Positions 14,582-23,946 of a DNA stretch of 23,946 bases are shown here, one piece after another. A program made the position numbers and the translations under genes. Origin of the DNA: an archaeon (GTDB taxonomy: Archaea > Iainarchaeota > Iainarchaeia > Iainarchaeales > 0-14-0-20-34-12). Below the pieces are notes generated by a model. It had not been told where the DNA came from, did no database searches, and saw only the letters and a list, made by a program, of their open reading frames with translations. The DNA lies in contig JBBSVU010000008.1 of NCBI GenBank assembly GCA_038046645.1, forward strand, positions 1 through 23,946, in the 5' to 3' direction. Within the stretch, counting starts at the first letter, position 1, and each line of letters starts with the position of its first letter.

Positions 14582-17092
14582 TTATTTGCAGAATTGTTTC
14601 AACTCTTCAACCTTGTTTGTCTTCTCCCAGGTGAAATCTGGGTCGTCTCTTCCGAAATGGCCATAATTTGTGGTTTTCCTGAAAATTGGCCTGCGCAGGT
14701 CTAAGTATTCAATTATTTTTCCAGGCCTGAAGTCAAAGGTTTTTTTCACTGCTTCATAAATCTTAGAAACATCAACCTTTGCCGTGCCATAGGTATCAAT
14801 AAACAATGAGATAGGGTCTCTAGAGCCAATTGCATAGGAAATTTGCACTTCACATTTATCTGCCAAGCCAGAGGCAACAACATTTTTGGCAACATGCCTT
14901 GCAATATATGCACCTGATTTGTCAACCTTTGTAGGGTCTTTTCCTGAATTATGGCAAACAAAGCCATTAGCCGTAAAGGTATGTGAAAATGGTACATTTA
15001 AATCAAAGGTATGAGCAAACGATGGAATTTTCTGTTTAATCTTAGAATAAAAATGGCCCATATAATACAATTCTTGAAGTTTTATAAATTCTGAATCCTC
15101 TTTCAGCAAATGTTCATAAGTCTCAATAAATTCTTTTAATTTTTCATAGGTTAATTCTTTTGTTGCTTTTCCTTTTTTAGACCTAGTAAAACGTGCTATT
15201 TTGCAAGCATCCTTATTCTGCTCTTCAAGAGAAAGCTTCTTGAATAAATTAATTATCCTTTGTTTCTGATTTGGTATAATTCTTAAATCTCGTTTATCTG
15301 AAAAAGATTGCTCTAATATTTTCTGCTTGCGTTCAAGATTAAATCCAATATTCTCTAAGAATGACTGAACACTTTTGCTTCCTTTTATAGTTAAATCATA
15401 GCGAACATGTTTAGACTTAATTTTCCTGCCTTTTATATAACCTGCTTTTGCTCTCCTTACATCCACAGCATTAATTTTTGAAATAATTCCAAAGTTAAGC
15501 AATAGTAATTGGACTTCTTCAGCTAATCTGCGACTAGTAGTCGCTAAATGGATTCTCTTAGTTGTTTTGTTTCTGCCGTCAATTCGAATACTGCCATCAG
15601 TATCAAACAATCCTCTCAAAAATGCAGCGCAGTTATTTTTAGATGCACTAAATATAGATTTAGGAACAGTCTTTTCATAAGATTTAGAATAGGTTAAACC
15701 CAAATGACTTAAATAAGCTCTAAATTCAACTCCGCCAAGATATGCCCAATGACCATAACTGCTTCCTTTTTCTCCAACTAAGCTCTTGAATAATCCCTGG
15801 ACAATATTTTTCATCAGTTCTTCACAGATACAAATTTTTATGCAGCCCTTATCAGTGCAATCCCCATCACCTACGGCTAAGCCCAAAAGATATGCATAGT
15901 CCTCGGTTAATTTTATTGGGAAAGAATATTTCTTCTTTCTGCCTTCAGCAGTTCCTTCTTTATATTCATATTTAAATACTGGGAGTTCGTCATTGCCAAA
16001 CAGCCTATTTTTTGTTTGAATAGGAACCCAATCATTTTCTTTAATATCCTCATTCCTTTTCCAAACATAATTGCCCTCATTATCAAGTACTCTAATGCTG
16101 TGATTTAAAGTAGCTTCAAGAAAGTAACCATCATTTGTTGTAATAATTTCAGTAGGCTTTAATCCATTATCATACCAAGCACCAGCAGGCATAGGGTGAA
16201 CATCAGTTTTAACTAACAGACCTCTTTCACCAATTTCTTGGCATTCATCAATTTTCAATAATCCCTTTTCAGTATTAACAAGGGAATTTCCAGCTAAACA
16301 AAATGCCCCTCCTCCGTGATTTCCTACTCCGCCATACGTGTCTGCAATAATTTTTCTCCCTGTGCAGCCAGAATCTGCTACCGGGCCGCCTAAAACAAAT
16401 CTCCCAGTATTGTTAATGAAAAATTTGCAGTCTTTTGAAAGCAATTTGCCGCAAACCGGCTCAATTACATGTTCTTTCAAATCTTCCCTTAATTTATCAA
16501 GTTCAACATCAGGGTCATGCTGCGCAGCAAGAACTACTGCAACAATTTCCTTAACCTTGTTGTCATCATAATTTACAGTAACCTGTGTCTTGCCATCAGG
16601 CCTTAAATATGGAAGGATTTTTTTCTTCCTTACTTCTGTCAATCGCATAGCCAAGCGCTGTGCATAATAATGCGGGGCTGGCATTAATACCGGGGTTTCC
16701 CTGCAGGCATAACCTGACATCATACCTTGGTCACCTGCTCCAATTTCATTCGCATTGTTTTCATTAACACCTTGCGCAATATCAGGGCTTTGGCCATGAA
16801 TGCTTGTAAGCACACCAACAGTATTATAATCAAAGCCGTACTCTGGCTTGTCATAACCTACATCTTTAATTACATCACGGACAACCTGCTGGACATCAAC
16901 ATATGCCCTTGTGGTAATTTCACCAGTAACAAGGATAAAACCCATTCCTGCCATTGTTTCACAGGCAACCCTGGCCATTTTATCTTGCTTGAATATTTCA
17001 TCAAGAACCGCATCACTGATCTGGTCACATACCTTGTCTGGATGGCCTTCAGTAACAGCCTCAGAAGTAAAAAGATAATTACCGTTTCTCAT
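14582..17092 (-). CDS. metK: S-adenosylmethionine synthetase, bacterial/eukaryal type, intein-containing precursor (836 aa; 385 aa after splicing)
   Basis: [81 protein letters not shown]. Confidence 0.97.
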   Translation of the reverse strand: MRNGNYLFTSEAVTEGHPDKVCDQISDAVLDEIFKQDKMARVACETMAGMGFILVTGEITTRAYVDVQQVVRDVIKDVGYDKPEYGFDYNTVGVLTSIHGQSPDIAQGVNENNANEIGAGDQGMMSGYACRETPVLMPAPHYYAQRLAMRLTEVRKKKILPYLRPDGKTQVTVNYDDNKVKEIVAVVLAAQHDPDVELDKLREDLKEHVIEPVCGKLLSKDCKFFINNTGRFVLGGPVADSGCTGRKIIADTYGGVGNHGGGAFCLAGNSLVNTEKGLLKIDECQEIGERGLLVKTDVHPMPAGAWYDNGLKPTEIITTNDGYFLEATLNHSIRVLDNEGNYVWKRNEDIKENDWVPIQTKNRLFGNDELPVFKYEYKEGTAEGRKKKYSFPIKLTEDYAYLLGLAVGDGDCTDKGCIKICICEELMKNIVQGLFKSLVGEKGSSYGHWAYLGGVEFRAYLSHLGLTYSKSYEKTVPKSIFSASKNNCAAFLRGLFDTDGSIRIDGRNKTTKRIHLATTSRRLAEEVQLLLLNFGIISKINAVDVRRAKAGYIKGRKIKSKHVRYDLTIKGSKSVQSFLENIGFNLERKQKILEQSFSDKRDLRIIPNQKQRIINLFKKLSLEEQNKDACKIARFTRSKKGKATKELTYEKLKEFIETYEHLLKEDSEFIKLQELYYMGHFYSKIKQKIPSFAHTFDLNVPFSHTFTANGFVCHNSGKDPTKVDKSGAYIARHVAKNVVASGLADKCEVQISYAIGSRDPISLFIDTYGTAKVDVSKIYEAVKKTFDFRPGKIIEYLDLRRPIFRKTTNYGHFGRDDPDFTWEKTNKVEELKQFCK
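14948..16300 (-). mobile_element. Intein with LAGLIDADG homing endonuclease (451 aa, residues 265-715)
   Basis: Block A CLAGNSLV, block B ATLNH, LAGLIDADG motifs LLGLAVGDG and [10 protein letters not shown], blocks [23 protein letters not shown], +1 Ser. Confidence 0.96.
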
Positions 17093-17158
17093 TCAAAAAC
17101 CCCCTTTGTTTAATCCAAAGAATTTTTTTAACATTTTAATTCATTAAAGAATTTATAG

Positions 17159-17362
17159 TAAAGGACATAAATATGCGAACATAATAAGGTCCTTTAATAT
17201 CTTGCAAAAGACAATATACGTTTCAAAATTAAAGTCTTTTGCAATAGATATTATTTCAATAATGCAAGTGTTTAAAAAGATTAAAGTACAAAAATAAATT
17301 AATATAGTGCATAAAATATTCTTATTGGAATATTGGATTTTTGCAATATCGGAATTTATAAA
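17159..17362. promoter_or_regulatory. Divergent promoter region with inverted repeats and degenerate TATTGCAATA palindromes
   Basis: IR taaaggac/gtccttta (17159-17196); IR ttgcaaaagac/gtcttttgcaa (17202-17244); five 8-9/10 matches to TATTGCAATA; TTTATAAA at 17355-17362. Confidence 0.5.
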
Positions 17363-17391
17363 AAATTTTTTAGTTTATTTTAGGGGATAAT

Positions 17392-17946
17392 ATGCTGCCT
17401 GGATTGAATGAGATAAAAAGGATGAGGGAAAAACTCGGGATTACGCAAAAGGATTTGGCAAAAGAAAGCAGGGTTTCACAGTCAATGATTGCGAAGATTG
17501 AAGCAGAAAAAATTGTCCCAGGCTATGAAAATGCAAAGCAGATATTTTTGGCTTTGGAAAATTTCACTAACCAGAAATCTTTGAAAGCAAAAGACGTAAT
17601 GAAAACAAAAATAAAGATGATAAATAAGGATGATACCTTGAAAAAAGCGATTGCCATTATGAAGGAATCAGGCATATCACAGCTGCCTGTGCTGGATGAA
17701 GGAAAAACTATTGGTGTGCTTTCCGAGAAAAATATTATTGATGCATTCAATAAAGATATAAAATTGAATTCAAAAACAAAGGTAGAAGAATTGATGGATG
17801 ATACCTTGCCTTCGGTAAGCGAAGAAACACCAATAAAACTTTTATCGGATTTGCTTGACCATAATCAGGCTGTTTTAATTTCAAAATCAGGAAGAATAAT
17901 TGGCATTGTTACAAAATCAGATTTGTTGAAAACAGTCCTAGCCTAA
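17392..17946 (+). CDS. XRE-type HTH transcriptional regulator with a C-terminal CBS pair
   Basis: IKRMREKLGITQKDLAKESRVSQSMIAKIE (HTH); KAKDVM..ISQLPVLDEGKTIGVLSE and VEELM..IIGIVTKSDLL (two CBS domains). Confidence 0.93.
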   Translation: MLPGLNEIKRMREKLGITQKDLAKESRVSQSMIAKIEAEKIVPGYENAKQIFLALENFTNQKSLKAKDVMKTKIKMINKDDTLKKAIAIMKESGISQLPVLDEGKTIGVLSEKNIIDAFNKDIKLNSKTKVEELMDDTLPSVSEETPIKLLSDLLDHNQAVLISKSGRIIGIVTKSDLLKTVLA

Positions 17947-18476
17947 TTCTTTGTTTTAATTTTTGGTTTAGGGATCACAACAACATGAACCTTTGCTCTC
18001 ACTAATTCACTTACTGAATGATCTGTTTCATAAGGTTCAAAATTACGGGTATATTTGCTGTGCGATTCATCTTCTAACCAAGAGATATGAACCCTGCCTT
18101 TATCAAATTTAGTTATTCTGCCAATCCTTTTAGCTTTTCCTGCTATATCAGCAACTGTTAACCCTGGATTTAATTTGATCAACTTTTTCAAGCCTTTAAA
18201 TGTCATTCTCAATAAATAGCCTCTTGCCCTTTGTTCTTTTTTTAACCTAAGCGGATAATCGGTAACAGGCATTGTTTTTAAATCAAAAACCCTAACATCA
18301 GAAGGAAAAAGTCTTGTAACTGCAGGAGCTTCTTGTCTTGCAATAAATCTGGCAATACTTTCGTCAGTCATTCTTCTATCAATTGGCCTATTTGCTTGGC
18401 CAGGCTTATTCACTTGGCCAGCCAGCCTTGGCTTAGGTAACCTATTTCTTCTCCTAATTAATCTTTGAGGTGCCAT
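17943..18476 (-). CDS. Hypothetical basic protein with Arg/Pro-rich N-terminus
   Basis: 177-aa ATG-initiated ORF filling the gap, 4-nt overlap with the convergent gene's stop; no family recognised. Confidence 0.7.
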   Translation of the reverse strand: MAPQRLIRRRNRLPKPRLAGQVNKPGQANRPIDRRMTDESIARFIARQEAPAVTRLFPSDVRVFDLKTMPVTDYPLRLKKEQRARGYLLRMTFKGLKKLIKLNPGLTVADIAGKAKRIGRITKFDKGRVHISWLEDESHSKYTRNFEPYETDHSVSELVRAKVHVVVIPKPKIKTKN

Positions 18477-18668
18477 AAAAAATCATTTAATAAAATATTA
18501 TTGGAGTATAAAGTATTTGACAACTTAGGCTATTATTAGTTCTTTCTTATTGTTTTATATATTAATTTATTAACTGTACAGAACGAAAGGTATTTAAAGG
18601 AGAGCAGCACATAGTATTTATATCAAATTAATTACAGTGAGTTAAAAAGTTAATGGGGGATTTAGACT

Positions 18669-19238
18669 ATGAAGATTTTTTCCGGAAATCTGGCAAAATT
18701 GCTAATCTTGGCAATTGCTTTAGTTTTAATTAGCTTTAACACATTCGCATTCAGCGAAGAAGATGTTAAAGTAAGCGAAACAATTTTTGTTAAAGGGGAA
18801 TCAGATATAACAATAACAGTAAATAACAATTCAAGCGTTGCAAAAACCCTTGATTTGGATTTTATTGGGCCAGACTGGTTGCAATATGAATTCATAAAAT
18901 ACCCTGATGAAATCGGTAAATATGACAAAGCAACATTCAAGTTAAGGCTAACCCCATTGGAAGAAAAATTAATAGGAAAACAATATTCCGGAAAATTAAT
19001 TGTAATGCTCGACAACGAGACAGTGAAGAAGGACTTATCAATAAGTTTCCTTTCTTCAGCTTCTGCAGAACCACCCCAACCAATTGACAATACAGATCAG
19101 GGTAACGGGAATCCTGGTGTGGATACAGTGCCTTTGGTAATATTCACTGTGCAAGATATTGAATTAGCGATTAATTTGGTATTATTGGCAATTATAGCAG
19201 TTTTAATGATTTCACTTATCAGAAATATGAAAAAATAA
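18669..19238 (+). CDS. Small surface protein: signal peptide, one Ig-like beta domain, C-terminal TM
   Basis: Hydrophobic N-terminus ending FAF; ITITVNN..LDL..PDWL..FKLRL pattern; Pro/Gly linker; TM AINLVLLAIIAVLMISLI. Confidence 0.85.
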   Translation: MKIFSGNLAKLLILAIALVLISFNTFAFSEEDVKVSETIFVKGESDITITVNNNSSVAKTLDLDFIGPDWLQYEFIKYPDEIGKYDKATFKLRLTPLEEKLIGKQYSGKLIVMLDNETVKKDLSISFLSSASAEPPQPIDNTDQGNGNPGVDTVPLVIFTVQDIELAINLVLLAIIAVLMISLIRNMKK

Positions 19239-19258
19239 AAAAGAGGGGGAAAAATAAA

Positions 19259-22132
19259 ATGAATCTGATAAATAAAATTTTGATAGGCTTGATTGCCTTA
19301 TTGGTATTTTTGCCAATGGCATTCAGTGTTCCGCAGGTGACCGCTAACATAATACAGCCAAATGGCAGCGAATACTTGAAAGGAACTTACACAATTAAAT
19401 ATACATGGAACACAACCGGAGTAGACAATGCTACAGGCGCTATTGGCGCATTAAGTTATTATGATCCAACAAAGCCAGATGAAGGAGCAGACATAATTGT
19501 CTTAGGCTTTAATCTGTTTGACCAGGCAAATTGTGCAAATTCTGACAATGATCAGAAAACCCCTCAAGATTGCACATATGTCTGGGATACAAAAACAGAA
19601 GCAAATGGAAGGTTTGTATTAAGGCTTATAGTATATTACTTCGGCCAAAATGATTACATAAACGGACTTGAAGAAACTAGTGATGGAACATTCATAATTG
19701 ACAATGTAAAGCCAAATGCAGTTAATAATTTGGCAGCAGCATTTGTTGACAATAATAAAGTTGAATTAAAGTGGTCAGCGGTCAAGGATGTTGAAAGCGG
19801 AACAAATAATTATTTGATATATAGAAGTGAATCAGAAATAACTGCGGAAAATGCAAGTGAACATTTACTGGGCCAAACATATACCTCAACAAAATATGTT
19901 GACAGTGCAATTAACCTAGGAAAAACATATTTTTACAGGATAACTGTTGTGGACAAAGCAGGAAATGAATCTAATTTGTCTAACCAAGTAACAGTAAATA
20001 CTACAGTGCCTGTGCCTCCAGCAGAGCCAGCACCCCCAGAAGTGCCAGCTGACACTACAAAGCCAACAAAGATAACTGATTTAACATTAAATGCTACTTC
20101 TGATTACTTTGTTTTGGACTGGAATAATTCAACAGATGCAAGCGGCATTGACTATTATAAAATATATAAAAGTGAATCAGAAATAAATTCTGACAATTAC
20201 ACTGCAGCATTCCTGACAAAGTCAGAGTTAAGCTACTATGTAGATAATGTAGTAGCTGTTGGCAAAACATATTATTACAGGGTAACAGCAGTAGATAATT
20301 CAGGCAATGAATCTGAATTGTCAAATATGGTGAATGCAAAGGTCTCAGCACCAGCAGGAACAAAATTGATTGAAATAATCCCAGCATATGAACAAATAAA
20401 CATGGGCCCAAATGCATCTGCAAGCATCATATTTGGGTTGAAGAATCTTACTCCGGATAAGCAATGCTTGACTTTTAGCACAGAAGATAACAGCCCTTAC
20501 ATAAAGGAAACTTTAAGTGACACTGGCTTTTGCATAAATGCATTTGCACAGACAACAGTAACCATGAATATAATTACAGAATATGCACAGCTTAGCGTAT
20601 ATGATGTAAAATTCAAATTAAAGATAGCATCAACATATGAAGACTTTGCCTTAGTAAAGGTTACTGTAGGCCAGCCTGCAAGCATTGATATTGTATCAAC
20701 AAGCGGGCAGCAGATTTGCAAAGGAAATGCTGAAAATATAAGCTTCAAGGTTGTTAACACAACAAATGAAGTGAAAACAATAAAGCTATATGCAGCAAAC
20801 GAAATGTTCATGCCAATTCTTTCTTCAAATGAGGTTGAATTGGATGCAAAAGAAGAACAGATTGTAAATGTTAAAGTATACACAAACTCAAGCACTTCAT
20901 ACGGATACCATACCTTAAAGATTGTCGGAAATATTGGGGCAGAATACACTGAAGAAATATTATCATTCAATGTTGTTGACTGCTCACAGCCAAGCAACAA
21001 TGCGTTATTCCAAATAATCGCAGACACAAACACCTGTGCAATAGCGAACAAGGAAGCTGACACAAATATAAATTTCCAGCTAAAGAACCTTACAGCAGGG
21101 AAATTGACTGTAAATATGCAGACATTCTCGGCTATGGAAACTAATGTGACAAAAAGCATTGAAATAGAGCCAAACAGCACTGTACAATTAAAAGTAATAG
21201 TAAAGCCAAAATTGAGCGATAAAACAGGGGCACAGAATATTGAATTATACGGATGGTCTGGGGTTTATGATGCAAAACAGGTTTTGTGCACAAATGTCCA
21301 GAGCAAGGCAAAAAGTTCTGTTGAGCTTGAAAATAATGATTTAGTTATTGAAAGGAAGAAACAAGGAATATATGTATTAACATTCAAAAATTTGGGTGAT
21401 ATAACCGAAAATTATGAGGTAAAGGTAAATTCACCTTACTCTGAAATGTTAACAGTAAATATAAGCGATATAAACTTCAAGCTTGAATCAAAGAAGGAAA
21501 AGGAAGTGTTTATTGCAGTCTCACCAAAAAAAGATGCAGCTTTAGGTGATTATACCATAACTGCGGTTACAATGGAGGGGGAGACAAAAAGCTTTGATTT
21601 GAGGTTTAAGGTAATAGAGGAAACACAGATGGCTTTAGACTTTTATTTGTTCCCATCAAATGTTTATATAGAAACTGGAAAGGATGATGTATTGACAATA
21701 ACCTTAGCAAATGAATCAAATACAGACCTTGAAGGCGTTAAAGTATATCTGAAAGGTTTGCCAAGCGGTGTATTTGCACCAATATTTGAAGATAATTCAA
21801 TTGCAAAAGGCAAGACAAAGGAATTCAAAATGAAATTAAGTGTTGATAAGGATGTTGATCCTGACCTTTACCAGATAAAGCTAATTGCAGAAAAAGGCAA
21901 TGAAAAAACAGAAGAAACAATATGGTTAAAGGTAAAGTCAGAAACTGTGAATGCACAGCCAAATGTAACTGTTAAAACACAGGATAATGGTTTGCTCGGT
22001 GGATTGAGCGGATTTGTAGGGTTTGCTTCCTCATTTACTTTGGGAGCAATCCTTGTCGCTTTGGTAATAATCCTTGCGATACTGTTATTCTATGTGAGAA
22101 AAAAGGAAGGGAGTGATGTAGATGAAATTTAA
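19259..22132 (+). CDS. Large membrane-anchored surface protein with two FN3-like domains and several Ig-like (CARDB/NEW3-like) repeats
   Basis: Signal peptide; duplicated W..D.SG..Y.IY.SESEI..YVD..GKTY.YR.T.VD..GNES.LSN units (about 19700-20003 and 20051-20341); repeated F.LKN/N.G beta units; C-terminal TM then RKK. Confidence 0.9.
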   Translation: MNLINKILIGLIALLVFLPMAFSVPQVTANIIQPNGSEYLKGTYTIKYTWNTTGVDNATGAIGALSYYDPTKPDEGADIIVLGFNLFDQANCANSDNDQKTPQDCTYVWDTKTEANGRFVLRLIVYYFGQNDYINGLEETSDGTFIIDNVKPNAVNNLAAAFVDNNKVELKWSAVKDVESGTNNYLIYRSESEITAENASEHLLGQTYTSTKYVDSAINLGKTYFYRITVVDKAGNESNLSNQVTVNTTVPVPPAEPAPPEVPADTTKPTKITDLTLNATSDYFVLDWNNSTDASGIDYYKIYKSESEINSDNYTAAFLTKSELSYYVDNVVAVGKTYYYRVTAVDNSGNESELSNMVNAKVSAPAGTKLIEIIPAYEQINMGPNASASIIFGLKNLTPDKQCLTFSTEDNSPYIKETLSDTGFCINAFAQTTVTMNIITEYAQLSVYDVKFKLKIASTYEDFALVKVTVGQPASIDIVSTSGQQICKGNAENISFKVVNTTNEVKTIKLYAANEMFMPILSSNEVELDAKEEQIVNVKVYTNSSTSYGYHTLKIVGNIGAEYTEEILSFNVVDCSQPSNNALFQIIADTNTCAIANKEADTNINFQLKNLTAGKLTVNMQTFSAMETNVTKSIEIEPNSTVQLKVIVKPKLSDKTGAQNIELYGWSGVYDAKQVLCTNVQSKAKSSVELENNDLVIERKKQGIYVLTFKNLGDITENYEVKVNSPYSEMLTVNISDINFKLESKKEKEVFIAVSPKKDAALGDYTITAVTMEGETKSFDLRFKVIEETQMALDFYLFPSNVYIETGKDDVLTITLANESNTDLEGVKVYLKGLPSGVFAPIFEDNSIAKGKTKEFKMKLSVDKDVDPDLYQIKLIAEKGNEKTEETIWLKVKSETVNAQPNVTVKTQDNGLLGGLSGFVGFASSFTLGAILVALVIILAILLFYVRKKEGSDVDEI

Positions 22133-23888
22133 TTTAATACTCCCAATTTTATTTATTTTAATATTAACATCAGTAAATGCATTTTCCACATTTGGCACAA
22201 CCTTTGTGGAAGCAGATTGCTTTAATCCTGGAATGGCAGAATTCGGGATAAAAAATCTTGAAAACAGCACACAAAAATATGTGATAGAAGCAATAGAAGA
22301 AACAGCTGACTGGATTAATTTGAATGGATTATGGATTAAGGATAACAAATTAATATTCACATTAGAGCCGAATGAAACAAAAGCACTTTATGGTTTCATA
22401 AAGCCATTATGCAATACAGAACCAGGGGAGTATATCGTTGCTTTAAAAATCAGGGAGAATGACAATTCCTCATTAAAGAATATCTTAGTAAAGGTCCTTG
22501 ACTCAAGAAAAATTATATTGGACTTAAACAAGAGTGATATTTCAATAACCCAATGCGAAAAAGCAGAATTTCCTATTTCCATAAAAAACAACAGCAAGGG
22601 AAATGAAATAATTGAAGTTGTTGTTGATGGCCTGCCGCAGGCATGGACAGCATATACTGAAGAATTCCCATTGGAAAAAGGTAAAACAGCAGACAAGACA
22701 TTGTGGGTTTTGCCTACATGCACAGCTAAAGTAAAGGATTATGAATTCAAGGTTACTGCAGCAATAAAGGGCACAAATTTTTATGATGAAAAAACCGCAA
22801 AATTGACAATTGATGATGCACAAAATGTTTACATTGAAGATAAGGCATTTGTTGTTTGCAATGAATTGAAGGAGAATGGAACTGTAATAGTAAAAAACCT
22901 TGGATTGAAAAAAGATTTATTCCATTTCAAGGTTGAAAATTTGGGAAAAACATCAGTAACAACAGCTGATGTGGAATTAAACCCGAATGAAGGAATTGCA
23001 GTAAACATACTGTTTGACAAGGTTGAGGGCACAGGCGCAGACAAGGTAAATTTCAGGGTGCAGTCAGCAACCTTTGACAAGGAATATTCCAAGATATTTG
23101 ATGTGAATAAAGAGAATTGCTTTGATGCTGCTGTAAATGTGCCTCCGTTCAAGAAGGTATCAATAACAGCAGGGAAGGAAAGGGTTGACAAGGTAAAGGT
23201 AAAGAATACTGGAACAAAAAGCAACACAGTTAAATTGGAAGTTTCAGGGCCTGCTTGGGTAACCACTATCCCAAAAAATGTTGAATTGCAGAGCAAGGAA
23301 ACCGGAGAATTCTTTATTTATTATAATCCGGCAATGGACATGCAAGACAGCAATTATAAAGTAAAAATTACACTAAAGGCAGAGGATTTCTACAAAACTT
23401 ATAATGTTGATGTGGTTGTTAACTCAGCCTCAACATTTGTGCAGCAAGCAGTAAAGATTGAAAGCTCTGTAAAAGAGGTAAGCAGCGACAATAAAGTAAC
23501 AGCAATCCTTTTACTGACAAATGATTCAAATACCAATGTAATGGTAAAAAGCATTTCAGCAAGCGACTTGAACATATTGTTTGATCCTGCAAGCTTGATT
23601 ATCCCAAAAAACAGCTCAAAGGAAGTCAAGGTAATAATCTATCTGGCAGAGATGCAGGACATAATAAAAGTACCGTTAAAGATCGAGACAGACAAGGGAT
23701 TAATTGAGAAAGAGCTTGAGATAAACACAACAAACAACAGCATATTGTCTGTTGGCTTTTTTACAATCTTTGATGGTCAGAATATATTTGCAATGCCATT
23801 GCTGGCAGCAATAGTAATTGTAATCTTTGTGATTTTCATATTCTATAGAAAAGCAAACAAAGCAGGGAAAGAAGATAGCGGTGCATAA
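22122..23888 (+). CDS. Membrane-anchored surface protein with tandem Ig-like repeats
   Basis: Signal peptide; repeats IKN..W, VKNLG, VKNTG..GPAW; C-terminal TM LLAAIVIVIFVIFIFY then RK; 11-nt overlap with the upstream gene. Confidence 0.9.
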   Translation: MKFNLILPILFILILTSVNAFSTFGTTFVEADCFNPGMAEFGIKNLENSTQKYVIEAIEETADWINLNGLWIKDNKLIFTLEPNETKALYGFIKPLCNTEPGEYIVALKIRENDNSSLKNILVKVLDSRKIILDLNKSDISITQCEKAEFPISIKNNSKGNEIIEVVVDGLPQAWTAYTEEFPLEKGKTADKTLWVLPTCTAKVKDYEFKVTAAIKGTNFYDEKTAKLTIDDAQNVYIEDKAFVVCNELKENGTVIVKNLGLKKDLFHFKVENLGKTSVTTADVELNPNEGIAVNILFDKVEGTGADKVNFRVQSATFDKEYSKIFDVNKENCFDAAVNVPPFKKVSITAGKERVDKVKVKNTGTKSNTVKLEVSGPAWVTTIPKNVELQSKETGEFFIYYNPAMDMQDSNYKVKITLKAEDFYKTYNVDVVVNSASTFVQQAVKIESSVKEVSSDNKVTAILLLTNDSNTNVMVKSISASDLNILFDPASLIIPKNSSKEVKVIIYLAEMQDIIKVPLKIETDKGLIEKELEINTTNNSILSVGFFTIFDGQNIFAMPLLAAIVIVIFVIFIFYRKANKAGKEDSGA

Positions 23889-23915
23889 TCGCTCTTTTCT
23901 TTTTTTATTTTTTTA
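23889..23915 (+). terminator. T-rich archaeal-type terminator
   Basis: ttttcttttttttattttttt-like run directly after the stop codon. Confidence 0.5.
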
Positions 23916-23946
23916 ATAATTACTGGACGTTTTTATTGTTGATTCC

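Noticed and set aside
17093..17391. SAM riboswitch upstream of metK
   Set aside because: No recognisable SAM-I or SAM-II core sequence and very low GC; an Rfam scan would confirm.
18662..23629. Long antisense ORFs (142, 227, 155 aa and others) opposite the surface operon
   Set aside because: Shadows of the sense genes' codon bias; no motifs, and they overlap well-supported genes.
23920..23946. Possible 3' end of a convergent gene (GINNKNVQ*)
   Set aside because: Only eight codons are visible, too little to support a call.

Overview
AT-rich window that looks archaeal: a tRNA intron with a perfect bulge-helix-bulge (BHB) motif, TATA-like boxes about 23-30 nt ahead of starts, and HTH-CBS, TraB-like and MNT genes. 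The gene style suggests a DPANN lineage (inference only). The left 4.8 kb holds one open ORF on the minus strand (>=1593 aa, runs off the left edge, absent from the ORF track). It encodes a signal peptide, a calcineurin-like metallophosphoesterase, Cys-rich repeats, a lytic transglycosylase (SLT)-like domain and an SGNH hydrolase. Next come an orphan MNT with a probable HEPN remnant, a membrane protein, hicBA, tRNA-Pro(CGG) with a 107-nt intron, a divergent pyrG, a secreted Cys-repeat protein, TraB-family, PHP and degenerate YbaK-like genes, a 137-bp palindromic element and an AbrB/MazF-type TA pair. A bacterial/eukaryal-type metK follows, split inside its GGGAF|SGKD motif by a 451-aa LAGLIDADG intein, and lies divergent from an XRE-HTH/CBS regulator with candidate operators between them. 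The window ends with a basic hypothetical gene and a three-gene operon of membrane-anchored FN3/Ig-like surface proteins. All calls are by-eye motif reading; no database searches were run.
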